Source: Octopus bimaculoides
Lineage: Eukaryota
Length of the DNA: 41,094 nt
NCBI RefSeq assembly: GCF_001194135.2
Contig: NC_068997.1
Span: 44,433,837-44,474,930 of the forward strand
Direction of reading: 5' to 3'
The notes below the pieces were generated by a model, which did not search any database, was not told where the DNA came from, and worked only from the letters and a program-made list of their open reading frames with translations. Of this stretch, positions 12,257 through 25,009 are shown piece by piece (positions within the stretch are counted from its first letter, which is position 1; each line of letters opens with the position of its first letter). A program made the position numbers and the translations under genes.

Positions 12257-12328
12257 TTTCACTGCCAACTGGTTGGAAGACCTTTGAGAAAGAAGTGGTA
12301 AATTCACAATAAAAATACAAAGAAGAAA

Positions 12329-12372
12329 ATGACAACTCTAAAGAAAATTTGTATTGTTGGTTCAGGAAATTG
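12329..12372 (+). CDS. GPD1: GPDH exon 1 ([15 protein letters not shown]), 44 nt
   Basis: ATG at 12329; ends TG|gtaag, phase 2. Not in the ORF track because it is too short. Confidence 0.93.
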
Positions 12373-15300
12373 GTAAGATTTACTTTAAATATAGTGATTT
12401 AATTAATATTTTGTAAGTGTTATATGCTTCAATACTGCTAAAAACCATATGGTGTTATCGAAGTGAATGACGAATATGCGTGCGGTATGTTTGTAGCTTT
12501 TTCGAAAGTAAGTTTCGTGTTTCCCCTCCCCCTCCTGCGAATCTATTTTGTATCACATCCTCTCAGCTCGTTTCTTCCTTTCATCATCACCATCATTAAT
12601 TAAAATTTAATCATCTCGTTGATATAATCAACCGCTACCACCATAATATCTGCAACGTACACCTACATATAATGTAATGTTGCATTTCTTTTCTTTTGTT
12701 GTTTATTTCCGGGACTTCTTTGAAAGCGAAACAAATTTGGAAGAAAACTTAATGTTATTTACTGCTAATCTTTCTACTCTCTTCTATTAATAATCGATAC
12801 ACTTGTGTAGTTTATTTCCGCCTACAAATTCGTCATCTTGTGATAATGTATGAAATCCTTATTACAAATGAATTCACTCCTCTATTTCCTGTCAGTTTTA
12901 TCCACAACCCTTTTGTTTGTTTACTCGCTCCGTTTTGTGGGCTAACAAGAGCCCTTAACTAAAAACCCTTATCTCGGTAGTTTGATTTATTTTTCTGAGA
13001 TCTCTTACCATCAATACCAAATATTCTTATATAATCGCAACACTTCGTTCTGATGCTTTTCTTTTTTTCTCTTTTATATTCCTTAACTCAGTGTGAATAA
13101 TAATAATGGTTTGACATTTTGGCACAAGGCTAGCAAGCTCGGGCGAGGGGTACGTCGAATATACCAACCCCAGTGCTTATTTTATCGATCCTAGTAGGAT
13201 GAAAGGCAAAGTCGATCTCAGCGGAATTTGAACTTTGAACTTAAAGGCGGACGAACTACATAAAATAAAATCTTATTTGCCGTAAATCCCCAGTATTAAT
13301 GATAAAAGCCATAAAAAATTAGAAGATTGTAATTCGTTCATAACAAAGATTTTATACGTCTGCACAAGATGACAAATTTATAGCAGGAATTTAAGTTCCG
13401 AAGTGTATCGAATGTTTATGGAAGAGAGATCGAACGATTAACAATAAATAAAAGAGGTACACAACTCATCAACAAAATTATAATTCACTTAAGAAATGAA
13501 AATACTATTAAATATTTATTATTCAATTAGGCTATTATGAGAGCTTGAATTGATATTTTTAAATATGTACTGTGTTCATTCCCTTTCTAACAAAGACCTA
13601 AAAAGAGGACTGATCTTAAAATTTCTTACAAAGTACATATAACTAATAGTATATTTCGTTACAAACGTATACTCATCGAGGACGAGATAATTCGGAGATG
13701 GTAAAAGTACATATAAAAGAATATATAAATGTAAACATGAAAACGCTTTTCATGTCAAGTGAATCATCCTTTTGCACGCATACAAGTACATAATGTATAA
13801 AATATACTTGATTATATGTCCATAATGTGGAACTACTACATTATATATTTTACTGCATTCATTTAGCGTACGCGTAATTTCACATTTATATTTAGAATTT
13901 GTAACCATTGTTAGTATGTGTGTATGTGTGTTCAGTTTATACTGTGACATTTACGCGAACCATTTCAGTTTGTTTGTCTCCCCCCCTCCACCATCCTATT
14001 TCTGATTCTCTGTACTGGTATGCATAATACATTATTCGTAATTACATACGTACACCACACTACACTTTATGTGTGTGTCTAATATATAGTATTTACAGCA
14101 TCATAAAGACTAAGAATGACTTCTAGATCATCGTCGTCATCATCATCATCATCATTATTTTAACGTTCAGTTTTTCCATGTTTGCATGGGTAGGACGGGG
14201 GTTAGCTGAGGTAGATTTTAACTGGCTGGATGCCATTTCTCTTTCCTGTTTCCAAGCAAGGTAATATTTCCCCATGGCCAGACATTTTTGGCAGAATGTT
14301 AGAAGTGAACGACACTGCTTGTATGAAAGTGACACACATTTACAATTATCACATAATATCAAGACAAGAACACACGCACACACACATTCATTTCTCACTT
14401 TTCCTAAATGTGAGTAGCCATGTCGTTCCCCAACAGCAAGAACCTGCTCTACCCTCCTCCTCCTACTGCTGCTGCTGCTAGTATAAAGCACCCTCACTTT
14501 TATCGGCTTGCAAGCTGCATGGTGGTCTCACCAATGCCAGTGGCATGAGAAAAGCACCCAGCACTTACATTGTAAAGTGGTTGGCATTAGGAAGGGCATC
14601 TGACCATTGAAACTATGCCAAAGCAGTTGCTGGAACACAATGCAGCCCTTGGACCCATGAGATCCTATTACACTGTCTAACTCATGCCAACAGCATGAAG
14701 CATAGATTTCAAATGCTGCTGATGATATATGTATATATATATATATATATGTATATATATAAATTTTAATTAAGGTACTCAGAAACCTGGATGTTTGTAC
14801 ATTTACAGATTTTTTATTAATGTCACATATTAAATGAAGCGCTTTTCACCTAGTCGTGTAGGTTTTTCAAGAGATAGAAATAATTTGAAAAACCTACACG
14901 ACTAGGTGAAAAGCGCTTCATTTAATATGTGACATTAATAAAAATCTGTAAATGTACAAACATCCAGGTTTCTGAGTACCTTAATTAAAATTTTTTTCTA
15001 TATAATTTCTGTACATCACCTCCAAACCTTCAAATATATATATATATGTATAATATGTGATGGGCTTCTTTCAGTTTCCCACTATCAAATCTACTGACAA
15101 GGTTTCGGTTGTTATGGGGCTATAGTAGAAGACACATGCCCAAGGTGTTGCATTGAGGGATTGAACCCGAAACCATGAGGCTGGAAAACAGACTTCTTTA
15201 CCTCACAGCCATGCATGTGCCTCTAAATACTGCAGTTTATTCTTTTACTGATTTCATTCATCAGAGTATGGTCATGCTGGGGCAGCCCCTTCAATGGCCT

Positions 15301-16193
15301 AGTTAGTCATAATGACCCCAGGACTCATTTCAATCTGGCACTTGTTTTATTGGTTTCTATTTATTGAACTGCTAAGTTAATGGACATAAAAGGACACCTC
15401 ATAAATTATGCTGGATTTCAAATTGATATAAACACAGACCCCATTGAAGATAATGCATGATTAATACAAGATAATGCAAGATTAATAATAAACAAACACT
15501 GCAACTGACAGAGTAATGTAAATGCTAAAGGGTTAGACATTAAATGTCTATCATCATCATCGTCATTGTTTAATGTCCACTTTCCATGCTGACATGGATT
15601 GGGCGGTTCGACTGGGCTCTGGGAAACCCAGGAAGCTGCACCAGGCCCCAATCTGACCTGGCAGAGTTTCTAAAGCTGGAAGCCCTTCCTAACGCCAACC
15701 ACTCCAAGAGTGTAGTGGGTGCGTTTTACGAGCCACCGGCACAAGGGCCAAAGGAGCTGGCATTGACCGCGATCAGATGATGCTTTTTACATGCTACCAG
15801 CACAAAGGCCAGAGGAGCTGGCATTGACCGCAATCGGATGATGCTTTTTACGTGCCACCGGCACGGAAGCCAGTCAAAGCAGCACTGGTATTGGTCACGT
15901 TCAGATGTTGCTTTTTACGTGTTACTGGCATAAGGGCATGTTGTACATATTAGAGAGACAGAAGGGAGTGGGTAAACAATATCTTTTGTTTCAGTCACTG
16001 GATTGTGGACATGGTGGGACACCATCTTTGAGGAGTTTTTAGTTCAACAAATCCAACCCAGTACTAATTTTTTAAGTCTGGTATTTACTCTATCAATCTC
16101 TTTTGCTATAGCACTAAGTTACCTGGACATAAACAAACCAACTGTAGTTGTCAAGTAGAAGGAGTACAGAGAAACACACACACACACACACAC

Positions 16194-16241
<48 letters not shown>

Positions 16242-19200
16242 TATATATCATGTTAATGATGGGCTTCTTTCAGTTTCTGTCCACCAAATTTACTCACAAG
16301 GCTTTAGTCAGCATAGGGCTATGTTAGAAGACATTTGCTCAAGGTGCCACATGGTTGGACTGAACACAAAACCATGTGGTTGGGAAGCAAATTCCTCACC
16401 ACACTGCCATACCAGCACCTAATGTGTGTGTGTATGCGTGCATGTGAGCATATGAATGAAGTTCACTTCCTAAGGGTACACGTGTCTGTGGAGTGCTCAG
16501 CCATTTGCACGTTAATTTCACGAGCGGGCTGTTCCGTTGATCGGATCAACTGGAACCCGCGACGGAGTGCCAACAACAAGTACACGTGGCTATCTTTTAG
16601 GTGTCTATCAGCATCCGTTTTGTCTTTGTGATCTGTTGTTTAAATCTGTTTCAATTGTCTTCCTTCCTTTTATTGTGTTATTGTGAAACCCTGATAATAC
16701 AATTATTGTCATCATTATTTTTACTAACAGGAGTGGTTCTATTCAAGCACAGGCACTGTATTCACTGTTTAAGATTATAAATGGTAGAACCATGTTGTTG
16801 GGAAGCAAGCTTATTACCACACAGCCATGCCTGTGTGTTTAACAAATGGGTATATGAATATTAGTTGGTGTGTGTTAATTATATACAGTAATAATGTTAC
16901 TGGTGTCTAGTATTTAACACAGTATTTACATGCATTAAAAGATAATTACTCCTGTGGATAAAGTGCTAGTTTATCACAGGTTGGGATTATTGTTTGGCTA
17001 CCTTGATCAAAAGCATTCAAGCCACAACCATCCTGTCTTTTAGTGGATCTAGTACAGCATTGTTCAATGTATCTTTCTGTTTTTAAGATGATAGGGTCTG
17101 ATTTGTGGGAAAGATTTTTGGCTGCTATTTCTAGCGGCAGAGGATCCCTTTGCATGCAATAATAAGCTTTCCTTGTCAACAGACAGACATTTCTTTTACC
17201 TACCTTATAACACTGATCACAATGCCGTTGTTAAATTCCGTCACTAAACTTCATAACAAATCTTATAGTGTTTCTTAATGGTCATTTCAATCTCTTAGAA
17301 AATACAATCAAAATTTCCCTCTAAAATCACACCCTACTTTCATAGAATCGAAATAGTGGGAAGGAGGTTAGAGTAGGTAGTGTGGTCCTGGATGAATAAT
17401 TAGACAGGATGGTCAGAGTTGAAATGCCTCTGATCAGTTAGAGTTGACTTAGATTTAAACAACAACAACTTGTGACCTCTTTTCTGTTGGGAAAATCTCC
17501 ATTTGTCATAGTTACGAATCTGAGAACATATCACATGTTATATATATATATTTCTACTCTCCCCTCACCTCATTACCACCAACTCCTACCTTAGCCATGA
17601 ATGGTGGTAGTGGTAGTGGTGGTGGTGGTGCTGGTGGTGGTGGTGGTGGAATGTATAGGTGATCGTGTGAAATAGCTTGTATGTTGCTAAGGTGAAGGAC
17701 TGAGACACAGATAAATTATCTCACATACCTAAAGACATATTATGACTCCAAGTTAAGATGATGGATTACACAATCATATTAAGGGAATGAGAGATCCACC
17801 ACACTAGACCCAATTGGGGGTCCATGTAAGATTTTATTGTTAATGTTTATGTGCAATAAATTGCTTACACTCCTACAATTTTCTTTTACTTGTTTCAGTC
17901 ATTTGACTGCGGCCATGCTGGAGCACCGAAAACATTTCCGACAATTTGTTTTTATGCAGTTCCTAATATTATTTAATTATAAAACTATAATAGGATTTTT
18001 TGAAACATTGAGACCCAGTGGAGTAAAATAGCTATGCGGCCCCGGTAGAGTGAGGTCCATAGGCAAAAAAATGGTTGAGAATCACAGTCACCTGATTAGC
18101 TAGAAATAGCAACTAAATCTTCAAATTACAATCTTAAAAAATAGAAGAAAATGTATAATCTAGTTCCTTTCTTAAGGAAACAAAATAAAACTTTAAAAAT
18201 AGAGAGGTACTTTATTATTTTCTTATCTTTTAACAAGAAAGGGAGGTAGGGTCCATGAGCTGTTACAGAGACTCCCAGACTAGAGGCGGGGAAGGAGGGA
18301 GGGACTAAAGTATCCTTAAACTAGAAGCCTGGCTGGGATGCTTGTGATAGAGTGAACTCTATTTAAGATGTCCATGGTGCTAGGTGTGGAGGCACGTGGC
18401 TTAGTGGTTAGAGTGTTGGACTCATGATTGTAAGATTGTGGTTTCAATTCCTGGACTGGGTGGTGCATTGTGTTCTTGAGCAAGACACTTCATTTTACAT
18501 TGCTCCAGCCCACTCAGCTGGAAAAAATGAGTAACCTAATGATGGACTGGCTTCCTGTCCAGCAAAGAATATTTATATATGCCAGAGAAACCAGGAAACC
18601 GGTCTTATGCTCCTTATAGAGTAATGTAGACTAACCAAGGTGCCAGGTGGTGGCGTTAAACTGGGTGCCAGGGTAAGTCTACCACTCACATAAACCATGG
18701 TGAAATTTGAACCCAAAATGCCAAAAAACCAAGGAAAATACCACAAGGCATCCAGTCTTAGATTCTTACACTTCTGCAGCCTGACCGCTTCGTTAGATTG
18801 GTATGTTTGTTTGCTCACCTGTCTGTCGGTTATGGTGATGAGTGCTCCAGTTGATGCTCTGTCTGATTCTCGAATGACTGCTAATTTGCAGTGTAAACCA
18901 TAGCAGGATTTGAACTCTAAACGCAAAGAACCAGAGCAAATACCATAAACCGTCCAGTTGAACAGTTTTGTATGGTCAATAAATAAAATGCATTGAAATG
19001 CATTGTGGTACCTACAAGGGGGTGCTGAAAATTTCCTGGCTTTGGGTAAAACAATATACAGAAGGATCAGTTAATTATGATTTTTTTCAACATATTCCCC
19101 TTCTCAGATTCACACGTTTATTGCAGTAGTCCTTCAGTTTTTCTAAGCTGTGTAAAAGAAATTGGAAGTTTGGACCTCTAAACAGACTTTTTGCGATATT

Positions 19201-19324
19201 GTTTGTGTACTGATTCTTTGAGTTCTGACAACAATGTCTGCAACAACACTGACACCAAGCTGTATTGGCCTTTAAGAAAACCCCCTCACTTTGACAACAT
19301 ACAAAAACTATATGCTTATGTAGT

Positions 19325-19368
<44 letters not shown>

Positions 19369-21997
19369 TAGCATATATATTTATATTTTGCCTGTATATG
19401 TTTGTATATATGTGTGTATCAAAGTTTGTATGTTTAGTGTATAAATGTATATATGTTTTTGTGTGTGTATGTATGTCAATGTTTTGTATACGTTTGTATG
19501 TGTGTTTATTTCTGTAAGTGAATTTTTTTTAATTATAGACTGACTTTTACTTTTTTAATTACATTTATTTTACCATTAATTAATTTACTCTAGGTATACA
19601 TGTTTTTTTTCCTTCTGACCAAAGTGAATTTTTATTAAGGTTTCCTTTGATTTTACATATGATTTTTGAATCGTAATATTTTAATTTTATGTATATCACC
19701 AGTTCTTAAAAAGACCGTTAGTTGAACGGACCAATGAAATGAAACCAATTTTCAAATGTGTTTCTGTCAATGTAAATTGTATATTTATAAATATAACGTT
19801 AATTTTTTTTCCATTCTCAACCAAAACTGTCTGACAAACAGGAACGTGAAACTCTGAGTAACAGTTTTTTTGTGATGTTCTTGCAGCTTTAACAATAAAN
19901 NNNNNNNNNNNNNNNNNNNNNNNNNNNNNNNNNNNNNNNNNNNNNNNNNNNNNNNNNNNNNNNNNNNNNNNNNNNNNNNNNNNNNNNNNNNNNNNNNNNN
20001 NNNNGCTATTCTAAGAGCGCATTCTGCCTCATCTTCGAAACGCCTAGTTTAGAATAGAGGCAGCTGATGAAGGAAAAGTTCCATAAGTGGCTCGTCTGTT
20101 TTCCTATGTGTTCATTCTGTTGTCGGTAAAAAAAAGTTCGTTTTTTGTGCTTTGTTTATGTTCCCGTTCCTTTTTTGTCCATGTTTTTTTGACATCCTGT
20201 ACCTGGATATGCATCTATATATACGTGGAGATGTAGGTATGTACATATATGTATGTATATATGCATATGCTCAAATATCATTTGTATTATATATATATAT
20301 CATCCAAATACGTAGTGTTTGAATGTGTATGGACAACATGCAGTGTTTGTATGTATGTGTTGTCTATAAATATACAAACATTGTTGTATGCATATGGCCA
20401 ACACTTACTTGTTGTCCGTATATGAACATACCTAGACAACACTTGTATCCTCATGTATGCAAAGGTGAGACTTGCATACATCAACAACACCTAGACTTCC
20501 ACAAAAAATCTTGCCTGAGCCTGTGTCTATATGTGCAGGTACAGATTTAATCTTGACCAATATAGTCTCTTAATAGTGGAGGCGCAATGACCCAGTGGTT
20601 AGGGCAGCGGACTCACGGTCATAGGATCACGGTTTCGATTCCCAGACCGGGCGTTGTGAGTGTTTCTTGAGCGAAAACACCTAAAGCTCCATGAGGCTCC
20701 GGCAGGTGATGGTGGCGAACCCTGCTGTACTCTTTCACCACAACTTTCTCTCACTCTTACTTCATGTTTCTGTTGTACCTGTAATTCAAAGGGTCAGCCT
20801 TGTCACACTTTGTGTCACGCTGAATATCCCCGAGAACTACGTTAAGGGTACACGTGTCTGTGGAGTGCTCAGCCACTTGCACGTTAATTTCACAAGCAGG
20901 CTGTTCCGTTGATCGGATCAACTGGAACCTTCGACGTCGTAAGCGACGGAGTGCCAACAACAACAACAACAACAGTCCCTTAATACTCAACATATACTTA
21001 TTCTATCAACCTTGGAAATATGAAAGGCAAAGCTAATCTCAACATGATTTGAACCGAGAGTGTAAAAGGCCATAACTAAATACAACTTGCAAGGCAATTT
21101 GTCTGTTGCTCCACCAATTCTGCTTAACCAGGTAGTTTGTTCACAAGTGGTTCACTTATCGTTCCCCTCTTACCCACATGTATTTTAATCTCTGGTTTCT
21201 TTTGAGGACATGTTCCCTTTATCAGTGCTGGGTCAGTGTATGTATGTGAAAGATCGATGATAACGATTCAGTTATTGATGTGTGTGTTCTTAATTTTATA
21301 GCCGTCTTACACGTACGCATACACACACACACACACACACACATACACAACCTACTTGAAGATAAATTGTTTAATCTGCTTGTTGTTGTTACTATTGTTA
21401 TGGAGGTTTAAAAATCCTTCTGTAGATAAGACCATTGAATTTAGATAGCTATATCAAGAGTAGAAGGAGATGATGTCTCTCCTTTATTAAATATTTACAT
21501 TTGGCCTCTTTTTTTATTTTGTTTCCCAACATGTTTCATTCACATAAAGATCAGACAAACAATTTGAAGCACACACACATTATGCATGTGGCTGTGCATT
21601 CTATAAATTATACAGTAGGTGCAGTCATTGCTGTGCGGTTATAAAGCTTGCTTTGCTGTCTTGAGGTTTTGAATTCAGTCCTACTGTGCAGCACTTTGGG
21701 CAAATGTCTTATCTTCGATTATAGCCCTGGGTTGACTGATACCTTATGAGTGGATTTGGTTGACAAAAACTATGCAGAAAACCACAATGTGTATGTGTGT
21801 GTGTGTTTGTATGTGTATGTTGCTTCTTTTAGTTGTTAGATTGCAGCCATTTTGCAGCCAGTTATTAGTTGAACAAATTACCCCCAAAACTTACATTTTT
21901 TTCTTAAGCCCTGCTAATTATTCTTTTGCTGAACTCCTAAATTATGGGGATGTAAGTACAACAACATCGTTTGTCAAGTGGTGGTGGTGGGAGACAG

Positions 21998-22031
<34 letters not shown>

Positions 22032-22535
22032 CACTGACTTTTTTCAGTTTCCATTCTGCCAAATCCACTCACAAGACTTTTGTTGGCCTGAGGCAACTTA
22101 CCCAAGGTGCCATACAATAAGATGGACTGAATCCAGATTCATATGGTTAGGAAGTGAACTACATTCACATGCTCACATGCATGCACACACGTGCACATAC
22201 ACATTAGGTGCAGGTATGGCAATGTGGTGAGGAATTTGCTTGTGTGTGTGTGTCTGTGTATGCATGTGTATACAGACACACACACACATAAACACATACA
22301 TATGCACACAGATGCATGTGTGTCCTTATGTTTACTCGGGTATTTAAAAAGATGGTGGTATGTCCAGAGAGAAAACTAAGTGATTCAATGAAATACAGAT
22401 TGATTGTAGAGCAAACTGAAATAACTCTGAGGTCAGTGGGTGATCGACTAAAACATTCGAAGGCGGTGCTCCAGCATGGCCACAATCCAATGTCGGAAGC
22501 CAATCAAAGAGTAAAACAATGTAAACGTATACGTG

Positions 22536-22584
<49 letters not shown>

Positions 22585-24692
22585 NNNNNNNNNNNNNNNN
22601 NNNNNNNNNNNNNNNNNNNNNNNNNNNNNNNNNNNNNNNNNNNNNNNNNNNNNNNNNNNNNNNNNNNNNNNNNNNNNNNNNNNNNNNNNNNNNNNNNNNN
22701 NNNNNNNNNNNNNNNNNNNNNNNNNNNNNNNNNNNNNNNNNNNNNNNNNNNNNNNNNNNNNNNNNNNNNNNNNNNNNNNNNNNNNNNNNNNNNNNNNNNN
22801 NNNNNNNNNNNNNNNNNNNNNNNNNNNNNNNNNNNNNNNNNNNNNNNNNNNNNNNNNNNNNNNNNNNNNNNNNNNNNNNNNNNNNNNNNNNNNNNNNNNN
22901 NNNNNNNNNNNNNNNNNNNNNNNNNNNNNNNNNNNNNNNNNNNNNNNNNNNNNNNNNNNNNNNNNNNNNNNNNNNNNNNNNNNNNNNNNNNNNNNNNNNN
23001 NNNNNNNNNNNNNNNNNNNNNNNNNNNNNNNNNNNNNNNNNNNNNNNNNNNNNNNNNNNNNNNNNNNNNNNNNNNNNNNNNNNNNNNNNNNNNNNNNNNN
23101 NNNNNNNNNNNNNNNNNNNNNNNNNNNNNNNNNNNNNNNNNNNNNNNNNNNNNNNNNNNNNNNNNNNNNNNNNNNNNNNNNNNNNNNNNNNNNNNNNNNN
23201 NNNNNNNNNNNNNNNNNNNNNNNNNNNNNNNNNNNNNNNNNNNNNNNNNNNNNNNNNNNNNNNNNNNNNNNNNNNNNNNNNNNNNNNNNNNNNNNNNNNN
23301 NNNNNNNNNNNNNNNNNNNNNNNNNNNNNNNNNNNNNNNNNNNNNNNNNNNNNTATATATATATACATATCATCAAATATATACTCGCGTTTACACACAT
23401 CTCTATGTGTATGTCTGTCTTGTGTATATATATATATGTGTGTGTGTGTATAGACATATAGTACACTGGTTATGCATATTAAGATAAGGGACATAACTGT
23501 CCCCTCACATGCAGAAAACTTGTCCCCATTAATAAAAATCATTCAAACAAAGAGAAAAACCACACAAAATACAAATAAAAATCAGCAGAGACATTTTAGT
23601 CTCTTTCTACTTTATAAGAAGGTCAGTTAGACAGTCGTCATTAACGAGAAATATAGATACAGCCATTCATGCTTTGGAATGCCGAAGCATGTGACAGCAT
23701 GCTCGTTGATTCCATTGTATATATACCTTTGAGCTACTGTGAAGAGTTTGTAGCAATTTTTAAACACACACACACATATATCATCATCATCATCGTTCAT
23801 CATCATTTAATATTCACTTTTCCATGCTTACATGAGTCACATGGAATTTGTTGAGGCAGGTTTTCCTACTGTTCTTCTTTAACCCATTAGCATCCAAAGT
23901 CCTTTTATTAGGACCAGAAGGATAATCCATCAGATTTTTGTAACTCCTGTATTTTTCTGAGATATCTTTAGTTAGTCATTGAGACTGAAGTGTCTTTCAA
24001 GTATTGTAATAAAGAATTTTTTTATATATTTAGTATAAAAAAAAGATTTTTGGTAATAAATTAAATAGAAAAAAATTGGGCACTAATGGGTTTTCCAGGC
24101 CATCTTTTTTGCTTCTCTCCAGTTCGATCCCTGCATTTTTTCAGCTCTGCCTCAATATCCTGCTTCATATGTATCCCTAAGGGAAGGTCTTCCCCTCCCA
24201 GGTCCTCTCGGGTTTCGAATTGCCATTGATGCTTCTGAAGCTGCATCTTTTTTTTAACTAGTTAATGGCTATTGGCCCTTTGTAAACCCAGTTTTAATTC
24301 TGTAAAGAGGTGGACCATATTAGTTCTTGGCTTCTATCCTTTGACCTGTCTGGCAGGAGAGGACCTACTAGGAGGTGGCGCTCCACTGGCTCAGATTTCA
24401 GGGCCATTGCGGCACACAAGCTACCGCACCACAACAAGGAGTGAACCTTGTGGTAGATCATTCATATACAAGGGGGTGCTGAAAAGTTCCTGGCTTTAAG
24501 GATATTGCAAAGGGCCTGGTTGAAGGCCCAACGTTCTGAGTTCTTTACAGGGCTTACAAAAACTGAAGGACTGCTGCAATCAGCATGTGAATCTGAGAGG
24601 GGAATATGTTGAATAAAATCATAATTAACAGAGTCTTCTGTATTTTCTTCTACACAAAGACTGGAACTTTTCAACACCCTCTTGTATATATT

Positions 24693-24756
<64 letters not shown>

Positions 24757-24959
24757 CAAATAATATGTGAGTATATGCATATACATACCTACATCTACAT
24801 GTATATATAGATGCATATCTGGGTACAGGACGTTGCAAAAAAAAACGTGGACAAAATGATAGAGTACAGAAAACACACAGGCCACATAGAGAACATTCCC
24901 TTCATCAGCTGCCACCATTCTAAAACTAAGCGTTTCGAAGAGTTAGGGCATATATATAA

Positions 24960-25009
<50 letters not shown>

